From NCBI RefSeq assembly GCF_006345805.1, contig NC_043013.1, forward strand, positions 4,774,001-4,838,000: a stretch of 64,000 nucleotides of DNA, read 5' to 3'. The notes under the pieces were generated by a model that saw nothing but the letters and a program-made list of their open reading frames with translations, was not told the origin of the DNA and did not search any database. Position numbers and translations under genes: made by a program. This DNA is from Octopus sinensis. Taxonomy: Eukaryota. Below are positions 22,753 through 34,855 of the stretch, one piece after another; position 1 is the first letter of the stretch, and every line of letters starts with the position of its first letter.

Positions 22753-24889
22753 ATCATCATCATCATCATTTAACGTCCGTTCTCCATTCTAGCATGGGTT
22801 GGACGGTTCGACCGGGGATCTGGGAAGCCAGAAGGCTGCACCAGGCTCCAGTCTTATCTGGCAATGTTTCTACAGCTGGATGCCCTTCCTAACGCCAACC
22901 ACTCCATAAGTGTAGTGGGTGCTTTTTACCTGCCACCTGCACAGGTGCCAGGCGAGGCTGGCAACGGCCACGGTTGGATTGGTGCATTTTACGTGCCACC
23001 GGCACTGGCATCGGCCACGATTCGGATGGTGCTTTTTACGTGCCACCGGCACAGAAGCCAGTCGAGGCGGCACTAGCATCGGCCACGATTCGGATAGTGC
23101 TTTTTACATACCACCAGTCCAGGGGTTCTGGCATCTGCCGGGTGCCAGTCATAGGATTGGTTCAATTTCGATTCCGATTTCGATTTCACTTGCCCCAACA
23201 GGTCTTCGCAAGCAAGACGGGTGCCTGTCGTCGGATGAGGTTCTATATCGACTTCGCTTGCCTCAACAGGTCTTTGTGTCCAAGGGAGGAAAGGCATGCA
23301 TAAGTGGGCTGGACTCACTTGTCCTGCCTGGTCTTCTCACGTACAGCATATTTCCAAAGGTCTCAGTCGCTGGTCATTTCCTCAGTGAGGCCTAAAGTTC
23401 GAAGGTCGTGCTTCACCACCTCGTCCCAGGTTTTCCTGGGTCTACCTCTTCCACGGGTTCCCTCAACTGCTAGGGATTGGCACTTTCTCACACACCTATC
23501 TTCATCCATTCTCGCCACATGACCATACCAGCGCAAACGTCTCTCTTGCACACCACAACTGATGCTTCTTAGGTACAACATTTCTCTCAAGGTACTAACG
23601 CTCTGTTGAGTATGCACACTGACATTACACATCCATCGGAGCATACTGGCTTCATTCCTCGCGAGCTTACGCATGTCCCCAGCAGTCACGGCCCATTATT
23701 CACTGCCATGTAGCAAGGCTGTTCGTACACATGCATCATACAGTCTGCCTTTTACTCTGAGCGAGAGGCAGCAGAGTCACCAGCAGAGGTAAGAGCTCCC
23801 TAAACTTTGCCCAGGCTATTCTTATTCTAGCAGTTACACTTTCAGCGCACCCACCCCCACTACTGACTTGGTCACCTAGATAACGGAAGCTATCAACTAC
23901 TTCTAGTTTCTCCCCCTGGAAAGTGACGGAAGTTGTTTTCTGCAGATTTTCGGAGGTTAATGCTCCTGAGCATCTGCTACATACAAAAACTATCTTCCCA
24001 GTTAGTCTTCCTTTGACATTGCTGCACCTATTGTGCGTCCATAGCTTACACTGGGTACATCTTATAGAGTTTCTACCTACACCTTTTCTACAGATCGAGC
24101 AGGGCCATCTTCCTGAAGACATTTGTGATTGGTCTACCTTCCTACTTATTAGTACTTTGGTTTTAGCTAGGTTGACTCTAAGGCCCCTCGATTCTAAACC
24201 CTCCTTCCACACCTGGAACGTCTCCTCCAGTTCTGATAGTGACTCAGCAATTAGAGCAAGGTCGTCAGCATAGAGGAGCTCCCAGGGGCATCCTGTCTTG
24301 AATTCCTCCGTAATTGCCTGGAGGACTATGATAAATAGGTGGGGGCTGAGTACTGAACCTTGGTGGACCCCAACCTCTACTTTGAATTCTTCTGTGTACA
24401 TGTTGCCAACCCTAACCTTACTTACGGCATCCCTGTACATGGCTTGCACAGCCCTCACCAGCCATTCATCTATCCCTAGTTTCCTCATTGACCACCAGAT
24501 AAGGGATCGGGGGACCCTGTCAAAGGCTTTCTCCATGTCAACGAAAGCCAAGTACAGGGGCTTATCTTTGGCTAGGTATTTCTCCTGCAGCTGTCTCACC
24601 AGAAATATGGCATCAGTGGTGCTTTTCCCTGGCATGAAACCAAACTGCATGTCGTCCAAGTTGACTCTCTCCCTAATCAGTTGGGCTATGACCCTCTCTG
24701 TAACCTTCATTACCTGATCCAACAGCTTGATACCTCTGTAATTATTTGTATCTAGGGCGTCTCCTTTACCTTTGTAGCAGTTGACTAGTATGCTGCTACA
24801 CCAGTCATTGGGTATGACTCCTTCGTGTATCACCTGGTTAACTATACGGGTGACTAGGTTATAGCCGACACTACCAGATATTTTGAGCA
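22753..24889 (-). mobile_element. 5'-truncated RTE-X-like LINE: RT, Cys-rich insert, C-terminus, repeat-bearing 3'UTR and (GAT)n tail
   Basis: NYRGIKLL, QFGFMPGKSTTDAIF, DMEKAFDRVP, GVHQGSVLSP, LLYADDLAL, WPCSICRKGVGRNSIRCTQC and RGRGRPRKTW; one frame break near 23770. Confidence 0.93.
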
Positions 24890-25649
24890 CTCTGTCGGTT
24901 AAAGCAACGATGGTTCCAGTTGATCCAATCAAGGGAGCACACTGACCAATGACACATGTACCCATGACATAGTTTTCATGAAGATTCACTGTGAAACAGA
25001 ATGTGACAAGGTTGACCCTTCAAAATACAGTTTCAACCCATTTTTGCCAGCTGAGTGGACTGGAGCTACATGAAATAAAGACACTTGCTCAAGAACACAA
25101 TGTGCTGCCAGGAATTGAACTTACAACCTTATGAGTGTGAGCTGAATGCCCTAACCACTAAGCCACATGTCCTTTCTATTTAAAACATACATCATCATCA
25201 TCATTGTTTAACGTCCGCTTTCCATGCTAGCATGGGTTGGACGATTTTGACGGAGGGCTGGCGAACCAGATGGCTGCACCAGGCTTCAATCTTGATCTGG
25301 CAAAGTTTCTACAGAGCTGTTTTATGTTCAAACTGAAAGGATTAATCTTACATATATTCTACAATGTTGTTCTAAACTAAACAAACACACCATCAAAATC
25401 TCAAAACTATGAGATAATGCCTGATTAATTCAAAACAATCTGAATAAATGAACAAGTACATTTGATAGTGTAACCTGAATACTAAAAGAGGGCTAAACTG
25501 ACAGAACATTGGAAAGAAATACTTTACTCTTAACTCTTTTACTTGTTTCAGTCATTTGACTGCGGCCATGTTGGAGCACCGCCTTTAGTCGAGCAAATCA
25601 ACCCCGGGACTTATTCTTTGTAAGCCCAGTACCTATTCTATCGGTCTCC

Positions 25650-25973
25650 CTTATAAACAAGGGCAAAAGAAAAATTATTTCCATGCCAATATGCTGATAA
25701 CAGACTTTTTATTCGTCAATTTCCACTTATCATGATACACTCACTATAAATACACGTCGTGCTGAAATCGGGGAAGCTAGTCAACAGAATTTTTTTTTAA
25801 TTCAATATAGAAATAACAAACTTTTTTTTTTAATTCTGTTGACTAGCTTCCCCAATTTCAGCACGATGTGTATTTATAGTGAGTGTATCATGATAAGTGG
25901 AAATTGACGAATAAAAAGTCTGTTATCAGCATATTGGCATGGAAATAATTTTTCTTTTGCCCTTGTTTATAAG
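25650..25973. mobile_element. Fold-back MITE with about 137-bp near-perfect arms
   Basis: cttataaacaagggcaaaagaaaaattatttcc... is mirrored by ...ggaaataatttttcttttgcccttgtttataag; it abuts a truncated SINE A (25525-25648). Confidence 0.9.
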
Positions 25974-26627
25974 TTATAAGTAAGTTTTTATATATAATTA
26001 TGATGCGCACTCTCTAACCCATTACTTGACCTTTCTTTCCTTCCTCTCTACCGGTCTCTCTCCTTCTTATTTTTCACTCTTTCTGGTTTCCTTTCCTCTT
26101 TATCTCTCTCTCTCTCTCACTCCTCCTCATCTCTCTCACTGCTGAGTGGACTACTAACTTTCTTTTGCTCGTAGCTTTCTACAAGTCAACACCGACTTTT
26201 TCTGTCTCTAGAAAGTCGATTCTAAATTGCGCTCCGAATTTTTCCATCGTCTAGGCTTAAAAAAAGCCCTCAATGTTGGTTTCATTGTCCTGTTTTTATT
26301 CTTTATGTGTACTGTATTTTTATTTGTATTTCTTTTACGTCCTGTTCTTGTCACTTTTTTTTCTTTCCTTGTTTTACCCCTCTGCAAAAGAATTCTATTT
26401 AATTCTTTTGCAGGAAGGACTGCTTCGACTGGATCGTGTTCTGTCCTTAACTTCGAAACACGCATTGAGTCGAACCAGGGACAGCTGATGAAGGGGAATA
26501 TTCCTTGTATTGTTTGTCTTGTACTCTGTTTTTTCGTTGTTAAAAAAAGTCCGTTCTCTTGTTTGTTTTTATGTTTTCATTTCTCGTTGTGTTCTACGTT
26601 TATTTGTGGTGTCCTGTACTCATATAT

Positions 26628-26822
26628 ATATCATCATCATCATCATCATTTAGCGTCCGTTTTCCATGCTAGCATGGGTTGGACGGTTCAACTGGGGTCT
26701 GTGAAGCCAGAAGGCTGCGCCAGGCCCAGTCTGATCTGGCAGTGTTTCTACGGCTGGATGCCCTTCCTAACGCCAACCACTCCGCGAGTGTAGTGGGTGC
26801 TTTTTACGTGCCACCCGCACTG
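26628..26822 (-). mobile_element. RTE-X 3'UTR copy
   Basis: (CAT)n tail plus body. Confidence 0.8.
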
Positions 26823-27084
26823 TATATATACATATAGATGCATGTATATATACATATATATGCATGTATATATACATATAGATGTAGGTACATACATATA
26901 TGTATGTATGTATGCATATATTTTATTTATTAAATTATTATATGACTGAGCGCCCTCGCGTCATTTCATTTCTTTTCTCCAAGTAAGTTTTTATATATAT
27001 ATATAATATAATGTATTGATAAAATGGTAAGATAACAAAAGAAAGAAAGAGACCTCAATATTATGTAAATAGAGGAAATTTATC

Positions 27085-27349
27085 TATACAATATGTTACA
27101 TTACTCGGTAGTCAAGATAAAACTCTGAGTTTCAGATGCCGAAGTAGAAATCCACAACACCATCTCTTCGGTTATCTGGCTATTTGAAAACGCTATAATA
27201 GATACTCGTATATGTCAAAAAAGAGTTTATAATAGAGATAGCGTTTTCAAATAGCCAGATAACCGAAGAGATGGTGTTGTGGATTTCTACTTCGGCATCT
27301 GAAACTCAGAGTTTTATCTTGACTACCGAGTAATGTAACATATTGTATA
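27085..27349. repeat. Fold-back element with about 110-bp perfect arms, each containing a hammerhead-like motif
   Basis: tatacaatatgttacattactcggtagtcaag... is mirrored by ...cttgactaccgagtaatgtaacatattgtata. Confidence 0.9.
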
Positions 27350-27477
27350 TATATAATATAATGTATATATGTATGCATGAATGTGTAAGTAAATGTGCAT
27401 TTGTATATATGTGTGTATCCAGATAATTAGTGGTGCATAAATAGCAATAAAAAGACAAACAAAAGCTATGCACTTAC

Positions 27478-27558
27478 CAGCAGCTGTTGTCAGTAAGAAG
27501 TAAGTGAAATCAGCAAAAACTTCCAGTTCTTTGCGAAGGTGTATCCATGATCTCATAC
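27478..27558 (-). CDS. PEX10: PEX10 exon 2 (GMRSWIHLRKELEVFADFTYFLLTTAA)
   Basis: cag|GT acceptor, G|gtaagt donor, 81 nt, phase 1-1. Confidence 0.95.
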
Positions 27559-27996
27559 CTGTGTATAAGAAAAGACAATGAAAATAAGAGCAGTTAGCAT
27601 ATTTTTATATCCTTGTGTCGGATATCTAATTTAATGAAGTAGGGGGAAAGAAAGTATTCACACGACGCAATATGATTACTATTTCATGTGGATACACACT
27701 CTCAGCCAATGGCTCACAGTGAACTGTTCACAATCAATTGCTGGCAGTTCTTCATTTCATAGCAATGGGTCAGTCCACTTTTAGTTATTTGGGTGATGGT
27801 TGGAATCCTTCCACAGCACATATGAGGGAAAAGTTAGTTTTAATTCACGTAGTGTTAGCCCTAATCAACCAGACCTATTTTCGAATACATTCCTGTCATG
27901 ACCATACTGTACTTTTTAAAGATGGGCAGAAGGTAAGCAAGACAAGCAGACTTGGTTTGTGGAAGACGCATCTGCACTCCAATAAAACATTAAACA

Positions 27997-28225
27997 AGGC
28001 GGCGAGCTGGCAGAATCGTTAGCACGCCGGGCAAAATGCGTAGCCGTATTTCGTCCGCCGCTGCGTTCTGAGTTCAAATTCCGCCAAGGTCGACTTTGCC
28101 TTTCATCCATTCAGGGTCGATAAATTAAGTACCAGTTACACACTGGGGTCGTTGTAATTGACTTAATTCGTTTGTCTGTCCTTGTTTGTCCCCTCTATGT
28201 TTAGCCCCTTGTGGGTAATAAGAAA
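27997..28225 (+). mobile_element. tRNA-derived SINE family B (CORE-like central domain)
   Basis: ggcggcgagctggcag head, gagttcaaattcc B-box, cctttcatcc..gggtcgataaattaagtacc core. Confidence 0.85.
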
Positions 28226-28389
28226 ACAAATAAAACATTAAATGGTACCTTAAATGTCGGTTCTGTGGCCTGATATATATAGGAAAAACCAGTCATAGGT
28301 TAGTGGATCGTATCACTATCCACCTGAACAAGACCGCATGACCCAATAGATGCAACTTCAGCTCATTTGCACATACTATTTCCATTCTT

Positions 28390-28660
28390 TCTTGCCAGCC
28401 TCGCCTGGCCCCCGTGCCGGTGGCACGTAAAAAGCACCATCCGACCATGGCCGTTTGCCAGCCCCGTCTGGCACCTGTGCTGGTGGCACGTAAAAAGCAC
28501 CCACTACACTCACGGAGTGGTTGGCGTTAGGAAGGGCATCCAGCTGTAGAAACATTGCCAGATCAGACTGGGTCTGGCGCAGCCTTCTGGCTTCCCAGAC
28601 CCCAGTTGAACCATCCAACCCATGCTAGCATGGAAAGCGGACGCTAAATGATAATGAAGA
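28390..28660 (+). mobile_element. RTE-X 3'UTR copy
   Basis: Repeat units plus body and a degenerate (GAT)n tail. Confidence 0.8.
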
Positions 28661-29014
28661 TGAGTAGCATTATTTCATACTACAGATTCCCTTCTTCACT
28701 CTAGTAAAAAGAAAAATACCTCATCTTCCACCATAGCTGCTCTATCTCATCAGGTATGAATAGTGATCATGATAACATAACTACATCCTTCCACACTGCA
28801 TCCCAAATTATTACATTCATCTCACACTTTTATACACCTAACTCACAAACCACATGCACCAGATGCATGTGCTTTACCAGATGATGGCTGAAACATTATT
28901 AAATGATATCTGAAATAATACATTGTATCAGTATTATTTCAGCCATATTGGTAAGTGTTGATTCTTCAGGTATAAGCACAAAGGGTTAGCATAATGAACA
29001 AATGTAAAAATATA

Positions 29015-29244
29015 TTTCTTCACTACCCACAAGGGACTAAACACTGAGGGGACACACAAGGACAGACAAACGGATTAAGTTGATTACATCGACCCCAGTG
29101 CGTAACTGGTACTTAATTTATCGACCCCAAAAGGATGAAAGGCAAAGTCGACCTCAGCGGAATTTGAACCCAGAACGTAACTGCAGACGAAATACGGCTA
29201 CGCATTTTGCCTGGCGTGCTAACGTTTCTGCCAGCTCGCCGCCT
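29015..29244 (-). mobile_element. SINE B
   Basis: Reverse complement of 27997-28225. Confidence 0.85.
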
Positions 29245-29379
29245 TTGTAACAATAACAACACAAAACCATATAGCAGTAGGCAGAATAGGGTACTATGCA
29301 GTGGAACTGAATGCAGAACCATGCGGGTCAGAAGCAAACTCCTATCACACAGTCATGCCAGCACTTTTGCATTATCTTC

Positions 29380-29762
29380 TATTTTTAACTTGTTTCAGTT
29401 ATTAGACTGTGGCCATGCTGGGGCACCACCTTGAAGATTTTGCCAAACAAGTTGGCCCCAGTGCTTCATTGTTTTAAGCCTGGTACTTATTGTATCAGGT
29501 TCTATTGCCGAACTGCTAAGTTATGAGGGTGTAAACACACCAACACCAGTTGCCAAGCAGTACTGAGGGACAAACATAAACACAAAGACACACACTCACG
29601 CATCTATATATACAATGGGCTTTTTTCCAGCTTCTGTCTACCAAATCCACTCACAAGGCTTTGTTTGGCCCAAGGCTACAGTAGAAAACACTTGCCCAAG
29701 GCACCATGCAGTGGGACTGAACTTGGAAATATATGGGTGGGAACCAAACTTATTACCACATA
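29380..29762 (-). mobile_element. Older SINE A copy
   Basis: Diverged reverse-complement match. Confidence 0.7.
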
Positions 29763-30639
29763 GCACCTTTATATTAGTGAATGGTTTATTTACACAACCA
29801 TCTGTAACAGGTGTGCATGTATCTACCTCAATATTTCTGTAAGAATTTGAGTATGTTAATATATGCAAGTACCAATGTATCTCTATGTATGTTATATTAT
29901 CTTTTAACTGTATGTTAATTTTCAATTTTAACTAAATATATATTATTGATTATCTTATTAATAACTAGCAGAGACACCTGCCATTGCTCAGGATTAAAAT
30001 GGCATAATTCTCTAAATTCCTACTAAAAATTCTGATGGCTTTCATTTGAAAGTAAGGTCTGGTCAGCTTCACAGTCTCCTAAGAATTTAATGTTCCTCCC
30101 ACACTGACCTAAATCTTCTGTCACCACAGAAATAGATTGACTCTTTATTCTAGTGACAATCTGTTTTGTCTTTTTACATCTAAATTTTTTCCCCTTCTTT
30201 TCTTCAACTAATTTGATTCCTTAACCTGCCCTTACTACCATTCTTATAACTAAGGAAATTTTTCTTACAACAGTTAGTTGTGAACTTAAGTTTGGTCTGT
30301 GTGGCATCCTACTTCATGTTCCTGAAATTCATATCTACAGCTTTATCGGTATATTTACCTTCTCTGGGATGTAACTAATTGATTTGAGAACTTTATATTA
30401 TTGGAAAACCTATATGAAATTAGCTGAAGATTACTTGACATATTATATCTGCTGCAATATTTACAGCTTTTAATAAAATGTTATAGTATGAAACAATTGT
30501 ACTAAATTACCGGATCCATTCTTGTTGCTTATTTTTGAGATATATATATATATATATATATATTATAGTTATGTTGAAACATATGATACGGGGAAATGCA
30601 GCATTGATGACAAAACATTTGCGGAGTAAATGATGGGCT

Positions 30640-31300
30640 AATTTACCTAAGCGACATGTCATGCATCCGTATGGAGGATTCCAGGCCCTAACCTGTTACA
30701 GAAAATTGGCGGTGGGTGGGTAAGTGATTTTTGAAAGCACCTTAAAGCTGTCAGCACTGTGGCTACCATGACCTATGGTTCGCAGTCAAATGAATGTAGG
30801 TGTAATGGAGGTACTGTATGTAAAAGGATACATTCCAGAAAGGGGCTGCAATGGGATACGGCAATGGTGAAGTGAACTGTTGAAATGTTGCAGAAGGTGA
30901 AAGGTTGACAATGGATTGTTGGTGTGGCTGTAGAATAAGAAACATAAACTGAGCCTATGCAGTCACATGAGGATATGCAGTAGTGAATTACTTGAAAAAG
31001 TAAGGCATAATGGCTTACTGCATGGTTGGTGGGAGTAACTGAAAATAGGCTTTGATACTGAAGTCCATGAAGGAAACTGCTTTGTTGGTGCAGTCTTTAG
31101 GACTGTTGGTATTATGCTGTGGAATACCGAAATGGTATACATCTTCACCATTCACTAAGAGAAGTGGATACTGGAGTGCATCGTAGGATGTAGTAATTCC
31201 TACAAAACCTCTCGGTAAACAATATTCTTTGTTTTTCCTTGTGGAACATATGCAAACATATTTTTTGCCTCTCACTCTAGAGCAGCCAACATATAATTAC
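30640..31300 (-). mobile_element. Helitron Rep-domain relic
   Basis: SYDALQYPLLLVNGEDVYHFGI..VSFMDF followed by FQQF, resembling Helitron replicase motifs; frameshifted. Confidence 0.7.
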
Positions 31301-31424
31301 TCGTGTGAGAAGCACAACTCTTCCAAGTGAAGTCCTACCACAGACAGTGTCTGATCCTGGGGTTATTGATAGACAGTGAAAAGCTGATACGAATAGGAAA
31401 TTGCATTCTGCTGAATGAAAAAGG

Positions 31425-31625
31425 ATGTCTGGCACCTGTGCGGGTGGCACATAAAAAGCACCCACTACACTCACGGAGTGGTTGGCATTAGGAAGGGCAT
31501 CCAGCTGTAGAAACACTGCCAGATCAGACTGGGCCTGGCACAGCCATCTGGCTTCCCAGACCCCAGTTGAACCGTCCAACCCATGCTAGCATGGAAAATG
31601 GACGTTATACGATGATGATGATGAA
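31425..31625 (+). mobile_element. RTE-X 3'UTR copy
   Basis: Body plus (GAT)n tail. Confidence 0.8.
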
Positions 31626-31894
31626 TGGAATGAGAGGAAGCCTGGCTATGAAACCGTTCCCTTCTTTTCCACATTCAGACAGGATGATGGCCTCGGCAAC
31701 ATGTGGCATCATCTTCTTTACCACCAGGCTTGTCCCCAACATGGCTGCAGCTTTCAGGCTGAAACATTTTTAAGGATTTAAGGGTCAACTCCACAGCAGT
31801 TCAAGCAGTAAATTATTAAAGTCTGTAACATAACTTTAGAAGCTGTGTATATAATGAATGATAAGGTAAAAGAATAAGGTCAATCCGTACATAC

Positions 31895-32003
31895 CAACAA
31901 TACTCTGGAAAGTTTCTGATAGTGTAGATCGAAGATACGATATATAAAATTCATCTTTTTGATTCGAGCGAAGAATTTCTGCTTGTCCAGCTCTGCGGAA
32001 CAT
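31895..32003 (-). CDS. PEX10: PEX10 coding exon 1 (MFRRAGQAEILRSNQKDEFYISYLRSTLSETFQSIV)
   Basis: The A..EILR..QKDE.Y motif; G|gtatgt donor, 109 nt. The seven exons sum to 891 nt in frame (296 aa plus stop). Confidence 0.95.
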
Positions 32004-32354
32004 TGTCAGACTATGAAATACAGAAATACGGAGATATTTTATGCTGTAGATTCTAGAGTTCTTCACTTAATATCATTTTAGTGTTGGTTCTTGATTTTGC
32101 AAATATATATATTACATGGGAAAATAGATATTACATATATATATATATATTACATATATATATATATATATATTACATATATATATATATATTATATTAT
32201 ATTATATTATATTACATATATAACAAATGAAAGATCGAACATGAAATATGCGAAAAGTTATTGTCAATCATGACAATTGTTTTGACACATCTAGCATCGA
32301 TTCCTTTTCGGTAGGACACTCAACTACTGGTTTCAGGAGTATCCGATGGTGCAG

Positions 32355-32385
<31 letters not shown>

Positions 32386-32747
32386 ACACCAAGTAAGTTA
32401 GGGGTTATGGATCCAACCCACTAAGGGATAATACTTATCCAATATACTGTTGGTGTAATACCCAAATTCTTAATACACAAGTGTTTTTAATTGCAATGCA
32501 ATTAACTTATTTATTGTATTAAATGGGTGAAGGTAAAGAAATATTTTACCATTAATTTATAATACAAATAAGAAAATGGAGAAACACATTAGTTGGTTTA
32601 TCAGCTTTCGGATATTAGAATGTTGTCTTATTTAATTATCAAAACTACAACCATAATAACATACATATATACAGTATAATTCAATACATATAAGATAATA
32701 CAATTATAAAAATCATAATATAAATTATTGAAATCATTAAAATCACT

Positions 32748-32876
32748 CCTTACAGCTGTTTCAGTCTATGGATAAAAGTAGTTTTTTTTTCCAGTGCCTA
32801 TAGTTGTCAATTATATTGAGGTTGTAGGCATTTAAAAATAGGGTACTCATATATAACCATAGGCCTCATCAGAGAT
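32748..32876 (-). ncRNA. Minimal type I hammerhead ribozyme-like motif (Penelope-type)
   Basis: Minus strand: TCT-CTGATGA-GGCCTATGG-(about 85 nt)-CCATAGACT-GAAA-CAGCTG-TA-AGG. Confidence 0.55.
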
Positions 32877-32904
32877 TATAAAGAACTTTAAAAATATTAA
32901 TATT

Positions 32905-33630
32905 TCTGCAATGCAAATGGTCTTATGGTTTGCAATACTAACTTCAGAAAACCTGCCAGTCACCTAGTCACCTACTGTTCTGGCAGACACACTAGCCAAA
33001 TTGACTACATCCACACCAGAAAAAGGGAAAGATGGCTGCTTATAAATGCCAAAACTTTCCCAGGCAAAGAATGTGCCCCACAACATAGACTGGTAGTTAG
33101 TGACTTCAGGATCAGGGCTAAATGGATGCCCAGAAGACGACCAGCATGGAGGAGAAGGTCTGGATGCTTAAAGATCCTGCAAATGGACATAGATTTAGAG
33201 AAATATTACTTGAAGCCTTTGATGAAATAGAAGGGGATATAGCTTCACATAATGAAGAAGACAACCGGAGGTTTCTATGGGAAAATCTGCTGAGGGCCAC
33301 TGACTAGATCTATGAATGGTGCAAAGTCCCCTCTCGACCCAAAATAACATGGTGGTGGAACAATGTTGTTCACAGGGCTATTAGAGAAAAGAAACAGGCT
33401 TGGAAGGACTGGAAGAACAGTGGTAGCAGGGAATTGTATCAGACTGTCAGAAGGGAAGCTAGGAGGCAGGTTTATTTAGCCAGAGGGGAAGCAGATAAGA
33501 AAAAATTTGCCAATGTTCTGTGCTGTGAGGCCCAAAGACTTGAGGTATTTCGTGTTGCAAGACAGTGTGTGAGAGAGAATTGTGATGTTGTAGGAGAGAA
33601 ATGTGTTCGCATGGATGATGATTCACTTGC
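32905..33630 (+). mobile_element. RTE-X endonuclease/linker fragment
   Basis: NTNFRKPASHLVTY.SG..SQIDYI..QHRLVVSDF and TWWWN; contains stops and frameshifts. Confidence 0.8.
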
Positions 33631-34651
33631 ATACCAAGCAGGGCCATTTACTAGAAGGGTGAAGGGTCTTGTCTGATTTCTTGCTCACTAGGACCTTCAT
33701 CTTTGCTAAGTTTATTTTAAAACCCTTTGATTCCAGGTACTGTTTCCACATATCACTATCAGTTTCTCCTGTGTTCACAATAAATTTTATTGTATAAATC
33801 ACAGGAATACTAAAAATTTGGGAGGGGAACAGGTTCTATTCGTTTACCCCACGAGGTCTGGAAACTTGAAACAAAGTTATTTCAAATCTCCGTCCGGGAT
33901 GAGGAGCTAGTAGATTAAATTGAAACCAGTACTTGACAATATTACTTTATATTTTTTTAGAGGAGCGACATGATTAAATCAACGGCGATCTATTCCTGGA
34001 ATATGCATGTTATTTAGCTCTAAGTCAGCCTTCATAGAGCAGATATATTATCAAAGGCGTCCTAACAGTCCCCATCCCATCCCATTTCTTTCTTTCGTTT
34101 TTGTATTTTCTTTCAATTGAAGGGTATCTTGGGCTACATCCTGTAATTTGTCGTTCATTTCATTGGAAATTGTAATTTTGGGGAGGTTTAGCTGCTATTT
34201 CGAGCAAATCCAACGACCACAAACAAGCCTCCTGGTTGGCTTAAAGACACCACTACCACCATTTGATATCTCTGTGAAGTCGCACAACCTTCTAGAAATA
34301 ATATCGAATGCATCTCCATCAAATCACATTCTACTGTCTTAAGAGGGGAAGGAGACTCGATTGGATTAAACGGCCTTGAATTGCACTTTACCTAAATAAA
34401 GAAAAAAAATGGGACATAACAGCTGGAACGTCTTCCATCATATGTATATTCAATCAAAGATGACATAGAGATAAATAACAACCACTACACTCGACAGGGA
34501 TGAAATTACATCGTCGAATGACATTTTGTCCGATCGTTCCTAACATCAAAGCAGACTTTAGAAAACTTACTTAGCTCCGCTGCGGAAAGAGGTAGGTGTT
34601 GAAATCAGCGGTGTCAGGGGAATTAAAGTTCCTTCTGAAGTTTACGTAGAG

Positions 34652-34855
34652 CAGTGGTTTTTCAACCAGGGTTCCGCCAGTACAGTCCAGGGGTTCCGCA
34701 AGAAGTTGCAAAACTGCTAAAATCGGCAGTAATTTTTAATTTTCCTGTGCAGATGTGTGTGCATAAGACTATTAAATTATTGCACAGGGGTTCCCCCCGA
34801 GCCAGTGGAATGTTTCCTTGGGGTTCCGCTCCAGCAAAAAGTTTGAAAAGCACTG
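34652..34855. mobile_element. hAT-like MITE
   Basis: TIRs cagtggtttttcaac / tttgaaaagcactg; imperfect 8-bp flanks acgtagag / acctagat. Confidence 0.7.

Noticed and set aside
24890-24989. N-terminal MNLHENYVMG.. of the 417-aa RT ORF as a true start
   Set aside because: It is flanking sequence fortuitously in frame with a 5'-truncated LINE.
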